This document shows, in pieces, positions 52,521-64,000 of a stretch of DNA of 64,000 bases. The notes below the pieces were generated by a model, which had not been told where the DNA came from, searched no databases, and saw only the letters and a program-made list of their open reading frames with translations. How positions within the stretch are numbered: the first letter of the stretch is position 1; each line of letters begins with the position of its first letter. The DNA is from the human T2T-CHM13v2.0 reference genome, Homo sapiens: NCBI RefSeq assembly GCF_009914755.1, contig NC_060936.1. The stretch is one strand, 5' to 3'. The position numbers and the translations under genes are program-made.

Positions 52521-52774
52521 TCCTACTTTGTCTAGTAACGTTGGGAACACTCAATCTCATTATCAACCAATATAAGCATATTTGCAATATTTTGTAAATC
52601 TCTGCTGCTAGATCATGACATAAACTATCAGTGCTCTCTTTACTACTGGAAAGAGAGTCATTGGCATATTTAAATGTAATCAGATATGTACCCAATTCTC
52701 AAACCCCTAGAATCAATTGAGAAAATGTCTCCTTAAAATTCCGTTTCTCTAGAACTGATCATGATGCCAAAGTC
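52521..52774 (-). pseudogene. ERV-L 5' internal region: degenerate primer-binding site and gag N-terminus remnant
   Basis: ORF 52510-52695 ITFKYANDSLSSSKESTDSLCHDLAAEIYKI resembles the ERV-L gag start; minus strand 'gactttggcatcatgatcagttctagagaaacggaattttaagg' follows the LTR end. Confidence 0.72.
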
Positions 52775-52870
52775 TGTATTTGTCAGGGTTCTCTCTCTAT
52801 ATATATAGATTAGATATATCCAATGGGATATAGGATTGGATATATCCTACTAAATATATCTATATGGATA
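52775..52870 (-). mobile_element. 3' end of the MLT2 5' LTR (remainder lost)
   Basis: tgtatttgtcagggttctc followed by the TA-rich tract typical of MLT2. Confidence 0.65.
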
Positions 52871-52999
52871 TAGATATTTCTCACAGTTCCAGAAGCATTA
52901 ATGTGTTCATGAGGGCAGAACCCTCATGACCTAAACACCTGCCAAAAATCCCAAACTTTATAATATATATTTTTATATCTATAAATAAATATAGACATA

Positions 53000-53858
53000 C
53001 AGTTGACCCTTAAGCAACATGTGATTGAGCTGTGCAGAACCACTTACACATGAACATTTTTCTGCCTTTGCCACTCCTGAGACAAGATCAATCCTTCTTA
53101 CTCCTCCTCAGCCTGCTTAACATGAAGATGATGAGTATGAAGAACTTTATGATGATCCACTTTTACTTCATGAATAATAAATATATTTTCACTTCCTTAT
53201 GATTTTTAATAACATTTTTTCTCTAGCTTACTTTGTTATAAGAATACAGTATATATATATTATATATACATACACACATATATATGTTCATTTTGCATTG
53301 CTGTGAAGAATATCTGAGGCTGGATAATTTATAAAGAAAAAAGTTCTATTTGGCTCATGATTCTGCAAGATGTACAAGGATGGTACCTGCATCCGCTTGG
53401 CTCCTGAAGAGACCTGAGGAAGTTTTTACTCATGGCAGAAGGTGAAGGGATAGCAGGAGTGTCACACTTTAAGAAAGCTAAGAGGTGAGAGAAGAGAAGG
53501 GAGGAAAGAAAAGAGGAGGGGACAGGCTCCTTTAACAACCATATCCCACATAAACTCACTGCCAACCATTACCACTGGGGAGGGCACCAAAACATTCCTG
53601 AGGCATCTTCCCTCATGGCCTAAACACCTCTCATTAGGCCCCACCTCCAATATTGGGGATCACATTTCAACATGAGATGAGGAGGGAATAACATCCAAAC
53701 TATATCAGTATATAATACATATAACATACAAATATGTATTTCTAATCAACAGTAAACCATTAGTTTATTGGAGAAGGAGGAGTCAAAAATTGTATGCAAA
53801 TTTTCTACTGCACTGAAGTCAGCATTCCCAACCTTTGCATTGTTCAAGGATCAACCTG
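53000..53858 (+). mobile_element. Tigger2a (MER28) DNA transposon, split by an MST LTR
   Basis: TA|cagttgacccttaagcaaca ... tgttcaaggatcaacctg terminal inverted repeats; internal 'ctttatgatgatccactt'. Confidence 0.85.
53282..53707 (-). mobile_element. MSTB-like solo LTR
   Basis: cattttgcattgctgtgaagaatatctgaggctggataatttataaagaaaa...ggggatcacatttcaacatgagat...catccaaactatatca; TSD gtata. Confidence 0.87.
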
Positions 53859-53860
<2 letters not shown>

Positions 53861-53905
<45 letters not shown>

Positions 53906-53922
53906 TACACACACACACACAC
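53861..53922. repeat. (TA)n(CA)n microsatellite
   Basis: Seen directly in the sequence. Confidence 0.93.
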
Positions 53923-55185
53923 TTACTTAAATCACTACCTCCTACCATGATAACCTCTTGGACTCACATCCAGCAGGAGTTCCAAATTGTCTAGCCAATT
54001 AGAATATAGACAGCAAGATCCCTGTAAAACCCCAACCATCCACAAATGGCAACAACTCTTTTCCTGCTTAGATACTTACGGACAAATGGAGGGAAAAAAA
54101 AGTGAACACAACTCATCTTATACCAAAAATATCAGATCAGAATAGTAGAATTTATATGTTCAAACAAGTGCATTTATCCAAGAAAATCCCTTAACATTGA
54201 GAAGCAGAGTTTTTGACAGTAAAGTTAATCTTGAAGTTAAAATGAAAGAAAACACATTAAGACAAATTTCCTATAAACCTATCAAATATAAAATTTGAAT
54301 CTAAAAATATATGATTTCCAGAAACATTAATATTATTTGTCTTTTTATTTACAGAGACTTTTTTGCATAAAATGCAACAGGGCATAGCATACTTCATTTA
54401 AGTATTTTATCATCAAATTTGTGTTTGTGAGTTGGAAAGAAAAAGATTTAAAATATGTTACTTTGCCTATTAAATTAAGTTATTATATATTAAATTAGTT
54501 TTTGCCTATGGAAAATTAAAGTATTTGGTTTATTTCCTTCGTTATTATGACATTGAAAAATGTTTTTAATATCCAGATTATACTGAGTTATATTGAGAGA
54601 CAATAGTATTACAATCTGATATATTTTAAAAGTCTGACTCTCTAATTTGCTTAAAAGCATTTTCTTGGATGTTCTGAGTCAGTTTTTTTCTAAGTTCTGA
54701 GAGCCATTGCCAAAAGTGCCTGGTTTAATTAAAGTCACTTTTTGTTTTTGAAGTAGTTGTTTCTAATATATTATGTCTAACTTAAATATTCACCATGGGA
54801 AAATTTTATTTTGTTTCAACCAAGCATCATAAATTATTTCCATTCAAAGCGATACTAGAAATTATTAGAATAAGAGTAACTTTATGTAAGCAGAAAGCAC
54901 TAGTCATTTGTAGAAACACTTGCATTACAAAGTTTCCACATGCAAACGCCTGATGGAGTCAGTGTTTCTCAAAATACTGAGGTTTATACTTAGAGCAGAT
55001 GAAACTCATGTGTTTAAAAAATAATATGTTCCATATGTTTCTGATTGCATTTTAAAAGTCACTGCCTTAAAAACTATAATCCAAAACAAATTGAATTTCT
55101 AGCTACATGATTTACCAGCCTAAGAACAGCTGTTGGAATTGAACATTATTTTACCCCATTGTTAACTAATGTCAGTGTGAGCATC

Positions 55186-55603
55186 ATGGTAGAGACTATA
55201 ATATACATCCATCTATATCCATTAGTCTCTCCTGGCCACATGAGAGGATTATTCTTGTTTGTTTTTAGTTATTCAGGACCAAATGACTGGTTCCAGCCAA
55301 TGAAATCTGTGTAAAAAATAAAGATATAATGTGTGCATGCAAATGTGTGTCTTTCTAAGGCAAAGTGTTTAACTGGCTAATACAAGAGCCTCCAGCAGCC
55401 ACAGAAGTCATATACCTCTGATGGTGCAATTTCAAGGTAACAGAGCTTTCCTATCCAAGATATTTGAGTCACTGTGTATAGCAGAGACCACATTGACCCA
55501 TGATGAACATGTTATGTGAGTAAGATATAGTCTTTGTTGGATTAAGCCACTGGGATTTGGGAGATAATTCGTTACTGTGGTATTACCTAGTCTAAACTAA
55601 TAC
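55186..55603 (+). mobile_element. MLT1J-like LTR
   Basis: tgactggttccagccaatgaaat...tgtgagtaagatatagtctttgttggattaagccactgggatttggg...actaataca. Confidence 0.72.
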
Positions 55604-56727
55604 ACATGTAGACACATGTGTATTTGCATATATATGTATTTGCATATATTAGTAGCATTTATCAATTAATAACCAATGTTTACAGCATTTAATAACCAGC
55701 AATACAAATAGTGTCTCTGCAGTTGACCATTACAGGTTATTCTATTTTGTCCATGAAAATCCAAATACTCTATGTGCATGTCTATTTCTCTTTTGTTCCC
55801 TATCTTCTATTTTCTAAAACTAGTCCTATGACAATCATTAAGAAGTTAGCACCTTTATTCAACATTATTATAAATTTATTTGGTGGTTTGAATTTTTTGT
55901 TTGCTTTTTAATGACAGATAGGGAAAAGAGTCATTGCTATGTTGTATGTAAAAAGTTTTAGCTTCCTATTAGGTTGTAAATATACATTGTGGGTCCAGAG
56001 CTATATCTTATAAACTATTTCTAAAATGATTAGCTTTTCAATAGAGTCACTGTACTATCCATACTGTCATATGGATAACTTTACCATGAACAGTCTGGAC
56101 ATCTAGAACATACAGACTCTGAATCCCACTTGTCTTTACTATTTACAATGACTTTTTTGGTGAGAGTTTCCTTTCTTTCTGAGAAGTTTCCTTTTTTCCT
56201 GTGCTCCATGCATTCTACCCCCTAATTTTGTTATATTCTCTACATGTAACTTATTTTCTAAAATTAGCCACCTGTTTCTGTTTTTTTAAATAATGCTTGT
56301 GCTGTTATCTAACAGTAATATATTTGGAAAGATACAAAATTATTGATATGTTCAAAATAATGTTTCTTATTTGAGAATAAGTTATGCCATATTATAATTT
56401 TTTCTAGAGAATTTTACATAAACCAAGGTAGAAGCCGATCTAGTCATTAATAAAGAAAATAATAAAATTACTTTGTATATTTTTGTGATTCATGTATATT
56501 TTTGAATAGCTTGCTTTAGGTATATAGGACTTTCTTTTCATTCCTTGACTTCTATAACTACATGCTTATTCAAGTTAAAAATGATAACTGCTTGAAATAC
56601 TTTTGTTATCTATGTAAACATAAAAGGAAGGATAATGTTATGCATTCATAATAATTATCACTTCGTTAACAATATTTATTTACATTTCTCCAGGGAACCC
56701 TTAAATTTAACACTTCATCATAAAACA

Positions 56728-56763
56728 AAACAATATATGCAAACAATATATGCAAACAATATA
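56728..56763. repeat. 13-bp tandem repeat (aaacaatatatgc) x ~2.8
   Basis: Seen directly in the sequence. Confidence 0.85.
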
Positions 56764-58676
56764 AAGCAAGCTTTATGTTTGAATCAAAGCAATATATTTT
56801 GAAAGCCAAGTTAATTTTTTTTAATAATGGATATGGTTACATGGCATAGTTTCTATTATTAGAAAATGAAGGAAAGTGGCAATAGAAGAAAGTAGATGAC
56901 AGTTAAGGAGTTCTTGTTAGAAACAGAAGATTGTAGCTCAAACATAAGAACATATGCCAAATTAAATTGATTAATTGTTTCAGTCCTTTCTGTCAAACTT
57001 TCCTTAAAGTACTTCAACTCAGAGTAAGTGTGCCAATTAGAACAACTCAAAAAGATTGTCAAAATTTTATTAAGTGAAGTTAAAATAAAGTTGTAGCTAA
57101 AATTGTTTCTTAATCTGAATTAATATGCTGGCTGAAAATGATCTAGTCATACAGTGTCAAAGCATTCTAGAGCTTTGGGAGAAAACTAAGAGATCATTTG
57201 AATAAATTCTTCTTTGAAGCATTGAAAAGTGTAGTTTAGAAAAGTAAAGTGAGCCATTTGTGTCATACAACTGTTGACACTTTCAAGCTTTCTTAAATTT
57301 AGTATTGCTTTTGTGGTTTGTTTCTTTGAGGTTTTAAAATTTATTAGTTACCCATTTTTTTTCTTTCTTAATGCTATAATAATGTTAAGGAAATGAGGGT
57401 TTTAGTCCTAAGGCAAGATATAATGTGTGCATGCAATTTTGTTTACTTTAAATTATAATGCAATTTCTAATACCGTTACCTTTGTAATTATTTACTAGTA
57501 ATATATCCTACAGTTATTTCTTACTTTTACTAGAAGCAAGCACAGAGAATATCTGACTGCTAGAAAAGTGAAGTTGGGACCCTGTGACAAAAGCATCTGC
57601 TGATTGTAGGTTTTGGAAAAGCCTCTCTGTCCAAGTATTGATTTTGTGCTGCCTTTTTAAAAACACACATTCTAGAGGTAAACAACAGGAGACATGTACT
57701 CTAGCCTTTTTTCTGTGTATTTAGGAAATACTTTTCCTACAACTGCCTGAATATTCTACTTTACAATGAAACTTGCATAGTTGGCATGAGCTGAGTAACA
57801 ACTAAGAATATCATTTTTCATACCATGCCAAATATTGTTCTATTTTACTTAGTTCATATTTTGCATTTCGGACTTTCATATTTAACTTGATTCAAATAGG
57901 TAGTTTTGGTTTAAAATAGTTTGAAAATAACAAACGTATTTGTTTTAGTCTTTACCTTCTATACAAGTTTAAAGCAAAACTGATCACTGAAACGAAGCGT
58001 GGGCAATAATTAGAAACTTTTTTTTTTTTGCTTTTCAAAATTTTTTTAAGATCAAAAGAGTATGGAAATTTAAGGAGAGTAGAAGTGATATAATGGGTAG
58101 GAAAATAATATGCTGGGAGCTATGTTCAGCAATCCAGCATTATGTGTTTGCTTGACAGCCTGCCTTTCATGATTTCAAATGCACTAAATAAGGTTTGTAG
58201 AAATTTCCAATGGTCAGCATTAATTCAGAGTCTCTACTGCTAGTGCAAGGAATGCATATAAGTTGCGTGATTTGTTGAGAGCAGAATTAATGCAACTTAA
58301 TTGAGTCTATTATTCTGTGGATATTAATAGGGGACACTGCTGAGAAGTGAACATTGAGAGACAAACGGAAAAAAAGAAAGGATATAGACCTGGGTTTTAG
58401 AAAGTTATAAGTGAGGGCTTGATGTGACAGCTCGTAGTTCCATTATATCTGTGAGTAACTCAGTGGTGCCTGTCCATATCAAATTTCTTCACCTGGCATG
58501 ATTACCCAGTGGGGAAAAAAAAGGAGTTAATGTGTTACTAAATTGTGTCTGGCTTACTTAATTCCATTCAGCAACGTTTGGAGATTGCATCAGCATGTAC
58601 CTAGGATTACCACCATCCTAAAATTTTATTGAAAAAGGGAAATATAAAATACATTATATTAAAATACTGTTCTGTA

Positions 58677-58968
<292 letters not shown>

Positions 58969-60043
58969 TTAAAAAATTGTTTTGTAAAAGATATTGGGAA
59001 AGTGTTGGATAATCTTCTACCTGGAGAACTAAATAAAATCTCATAAATAGCAATCCTATAACACTTCCTCTTATTATTGCCCACAGCTAAGCAATCCTAA
59101 AGTCCAGCTGATTCTCTTTTCTTAAATGTCCATTCATGTTGTCAACTCACTGCCAACTACATTCCCACTACTACTGATCAAATTCTCATTGCTGCAGTTC
59201 CCTATCAACTCTTACCTTCAAATTTATCTCTCTGCCTATAATTTTCTCTCCATATCATTCTCCATATTGCCTCTAGAGTTAGTGCATTTGAAAAAATTAC
59301 CAAAAAATAAAATTGCAAAATTGTTCACAAACATCAGAGAGAGAGTCCTCATCATAAAGAAAGTGATTCTCAAATATTTGTATCCAGAAGATTTACCTAA
59401 AATCCTTGTAGTCTGGCTTAGAATAGGAACTGAAAACTATGTGTTCTATAAACAAAGTCACATTTGTCCTTTAAGTTTGGTCTTAAAAGACAAAAAGGTG
59501 TGATCTGGGTTAAAAAGTAAGGGAGGACATTCTAGGTGTAAACTATATTTTGCAGAAGAAAAAAGATTTGGAAAAATAATTTTAGTGAGTCTATAACATA
59601 TTTTCTATTTTAAAGGTCTAAGGTATACATAAACCATAATTAACAAATGTCTAATAAAGTATAATGTGTGTATAAATATATGCATGCATACATTCATATG
59701 CATACATATATATGTATATATAAAAGAATAAATTTTAAAAATAGATTTAAAATTCTTTAACTCATGCAAGAAATACTTGCTATACCTGGAAACATCTTGC
59801 AACTTGTCATATTTTTCAAACGATTTCTAATTATCTGAGCTGCATTTTATTTTAAATTGATAACCTCAAAGATATATCAACTGGAATATCTTCTTTGATG
59901 TCACTGTCATCTGACTAATTTTCCCTGTTCAAACAACTGTAAAAGTGGGTCAATTATAAGTTGTGAAGTAACTGTTTTCACATTTTGAATGATAGGCTGC
60001 ACAGGATGGTGAGCCATGATAGAAGGGAAACAAATGAGGCAAA

Positions 60044-60767
<724 letters not shown>

Positions 60768-60849
60768 ATGAGTCACAGTTGCTCCAGCTTTCTGTCAAGG
60801 TCCCCTCCAGACTTGGAGGGGTCCCACCTTCCCACAAGGAAGGCAAACT

Positions 60850-62130
60850 CAGAGCATGGTAGTTTTATTATGAAAGAGAGGTATTAGAGTTTGGAGCTAT
60901 TTGATCTCTGGGATTTGTGGAACAGAGCACCATAGAGAGAAGAGATACCTCGAAAACAAGATCCAGAAATATCATAGGCAATCTCTTGAATGTTTCACAT
61001 ACACAAAGCCGCTCATTCATTGAGCAAGGCTCCAAGGGACCAAAGAACAATTTAAAATAAAAACAACATCTACCATAAAAAGAGCAATTATTGGGAAACT
61101 TTGAGCTGAACAACCTGGGGTTGTGAGACACTTGAGTTTTAAATAATGACCATGGAGAGATTTCTTGAGCATTCCAAGTATTGTATATATACCCCAGACA
61201 GGGAATACTTTAGAAATAGAGTTAATCTAGATCTAGAGATAAGACTACTTCAAACTCATTCTAACAAAGCTAAAAAACAAAGCTTACGGGATCAAGCTAA
61301 TCTGAAAGTGAATTAATTTAATATTCTAATTGAGCAAGGAAGCAAAATCTTGAAATATAAAAACCATAGCATCCATAATGTCTTTAAAAATTAATAGACA
61401 ATGGAAGAAGAAAAAAATGTGATCCATAATCAGGACAAAAATCAATAAATAGAAACAAACTAGAAATGTCAGAGATTTTAGAATTATCAAAGGACTTTAA
61501 AACAGGCACTAACAATATATTCAAAGGAATATATTGGAAGGAAAAATTGAACATAATGAGGAAACTCACAGGGATATAAATAGAGAAATAGAAGATATAA
61601 TAGAGAATCAGCAGGGGATTCTAGAGATGAAAAATATAATCTCCTAAAAATGACAAATTCACTGAATCTACCTAATAGCAGACTAGAGACTTCAAATAAA
61701 AAGATAAATAAACTTGAAGAGAGGGCAATAGGAATTATACAAATTGAACATAAAGAGAAAAAGGGTTGAAAAAATAAACAACATGGTCCATGGCACAACA
61801 TCAAGCAGTCTAATGTGCATGTAATTGAAGTGTCAGCATATGAAAATAGGGAAATTGGAGCATAAAAATAGGAAGGACTAATTGTTACACATTTTTATGA
61901 AAACTATAGGCCAAAATATCCAAGCTGTTCAATGAACCCCAAGCAGAATAAAGAGATAAAACAGCTCCAAAGCACATTACAATCAAATTGCTGATGCTCA
62001 ATGATATGAAGAAAATCTTAAAGGCAACGTGTAAAAAAGGACATACTGCATTTGTTACCGGAAACAATGATAAGAATAACCACTGCATTATCATAAGAAA
62101 CCAAATGGTGATAATTTATAAAATATATTC
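60850..62130 (+). mobile_element. Old L1M 5' region / ORF1 remnant
   Basis: A-rich ORF1-like sequence (tgtgatccataatcagg; tctaatgtgcatgtaattgaagt; caatgaaccccaagcagaataaa; aaaatcttaaaggcaac). Confidence 0.65.
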
Positions 62131-62288
62131 AAATATAATTATGTTTATTTTGTGAGCATACACAATTTTTAAAATGTCTTCACATTATTTGAGAAAATAT
62201 GTAAGATCTCTTTCTCCCTAAAAGAATGTCTTTCCTTGTCAGTTTCTGCTCCTAAACTATTCATGTTTAAATTATTTTGGTTGAAATT

Positions 62289-62923
62289 TGTGATCATTGT
62301 TTTCAAGTGTCAACTTGACTGGGTTAAGAGATACTCAAACAGCTGGTAAAGCATTATTTCTGGATATGTCTATGAGGGTGTTTCTGGAAGAGACTGGCAT
62401 TCGAATCAGTGAACTAAGATCTGTCCTCACCCAATGTGGACACACCCCATCTAGTTGGCTGAGGGCCTGGATAGAACACAAAGGGAGAGGAAAGGTAAAT
62501 TGACTCTCTGTCTCTCTTTTCCAGAGTGGGGACACCTTTCTTCTCCTACATCTTGTACAACAGAACTCCAAGTTCTCTGGCCTTTGGACTCTGGAATTTG
62601 CACCAGCTCTTCCCCAAGGTTCTCCTGTCTTTGGCCTCAGCCTGCGAGTTACATCATTAGCTTCACTGATTCTGATACTTTAAGAGTTGGACTGAGCAAC
62701 GTTACAAGTTTCACTGGTATTTCAGCTTTTGGATGGCTTTTGGTCAGACTTCTCAGCCTCCATAATTGCATAATCCAATTCCCTTTATAAAGCCCCATTA
62801 TATCTATCTATCTATCTATCTGTCTGTCTGTCTGTCTGTCTGTCTAACTATCATCTATCTATCTATCTATACAATGTGTATGCATAGCCTATTGGTTCTG
62901 TCTACCTGGAGAACTCTAATACA
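62289..62923 (+). mobile_element. MLT2B solo LTR with internal (TCTA)n(TCTG)n
   Basis: tgtgatc...gtgtcaacttgactgggttaag...cctattggttctgtctacctggagaactctaataca; TSD aaatt/aaagt. Confidence 0.88.
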
Positions 62924-63709
62924 AAAGTATTTTAAGGTAAAATATATTTCAATCAAATAGTTAAATTTATGAAAATTAAATGCAGAAAATATTTTTCAGT
63001 ATTTTTTGCCATTTTGAGAGATTATGTATCCAGTTGTTTTTTTCTGGAGAAACAGTTGAGAGAAGACAGAAAAATATAGTAATTTTAGTAATAAAACAAG
63101 TTATATAGTAGAATACAGGGGCAAATATTGATCACTAGCACCCTCAATCTCAGCATATATATTAAGCGTAAAAATAAAGCCCATATTGTGCTCTCAAGTT
63201 TATCCTTAAACTGCTGTAAATTTCTATTCCATGGGCACAAACTTTCTACTGCTTACATCTCCCCAGACATGCATATTCAGCTGTGTCCTCTTAAAGCTAA
63301 TTATATATATATTATTCAACATCCCTGGTGTTTTTGTTATAATATTAAAGCTTTCAGGTATAAATATTAACTATGATTATATAATTGTATAATTTTAGGC
63401 TTCAGCCATAAGAGGAATCCAAGGAACGGCAGGCTGTTTCTTGTGTCCCTGAACTCATTCTATATAGGAAATTACTTACTCAATACATGCATTAAGTTAA
63501 ATAAAGAATGAATATTACAGGTTAACAGGCAGCCAGGAAAGACGGGTAATTAAAGGATACATCTGAATGCAAATTAAGCACACATCATAAGGACCATGAT
63601 AAAGTATGATTTAACTAAACAGAAGAATCTAGAATCAAGAAAAGTAGGAGCACATAATAGGCCCGTAGATGAGACACACAAATGAATTTACTTACATTCA
63701 TGATTTTGA

Positions 63710-64000
63710 TGAATACCAGTTGTAGGGTAAAAATAGTATTGTGAGTGAAAATAATTCTACAACCACAGAAACTAGTTCAGTATTTTCATTAAAAGTTGAA
63801 ATAATCCATATCCTGTGACCAGCAATTTCATACCTAGGTAAATACATTACAGAAACTATTGTAGTTGTGAACAGAAGATGTGTACAAAAATGTTTTTAAC
63901 ATCAACACTGTTTAAAGCAAAAATAAATATTTGTGTAGTAAAAATGAATTGTAGATTCATCATTATCACCAATGAACATAAAATTGAAACCTAAATAAAC
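63710..64000 (+). mobile_element. L1ME-type ORF2 3' fragment
   Basis: atatcctgtgaccagcaatttcatacctaggta...gatgtgtacaaaaatgttt. Confidence 0.55.

Noticed and set aside
56728-56770. Possible CRISPR-like or spaced repeat array
   Set aside because: Simple head-to-tail duplication with no spacers, in a eukaryotic context.
59126-59503. 125-aa ORF
   Set aside because: Its Leu/Ile/Lys/Ser-biased composition is typical of chance ORFs in AT-rich DNA; no homology recognised.
60802-60821. 8-bp GC stem-loop cccctcca-gact-tggagggg
   Set aside because: Short enough to occur by chance in 64 kb; no other support.

Overview
AT-rich, CpG-poor primate (human or close ape) gene-desert or deep-intronic DNA. I estimate well over half of it is transposable-element derived. 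It contains two ~4.3-4.6 kb 5'-truncated L1PA elements with target-site duplications (TSDs), short L1PA 3' fragments (one 5'-inverted by twin priming), older L1PB/L1MA-ME and L2 relics, about nine Alus, many MaLR/ERVL LTRs (THE1B, MST, MLT1, MLT2, LTR33, LTR40, LTR47), two Tigger DNA transposons and microsatellites. I find no intact host protein-coding gene, structural RNA gene or CRISPR array. The ORFs over ~130 aa are all broken L1 ORF2 pieces or their antisense shadows. I see no evidence of a novel biological system. The most notable structures are: (1) a deeply nested, internally deleted ERV-L provirus at ~49.2-52.9 kb; (2) a twin-primed L1 with a ~0.5 kb gap; (3) a tail-to-tail L1 inverted repeat at 3.9-5.0 kb; (4) short sequences apparently copied over 0.7-2 kb, candidate templated repair scars; (5) a quasi-palindrome-corrected Alu junction. 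Subfamily names come from recalled consensus sequences and need RepeatMasker/Dfam confirmation.
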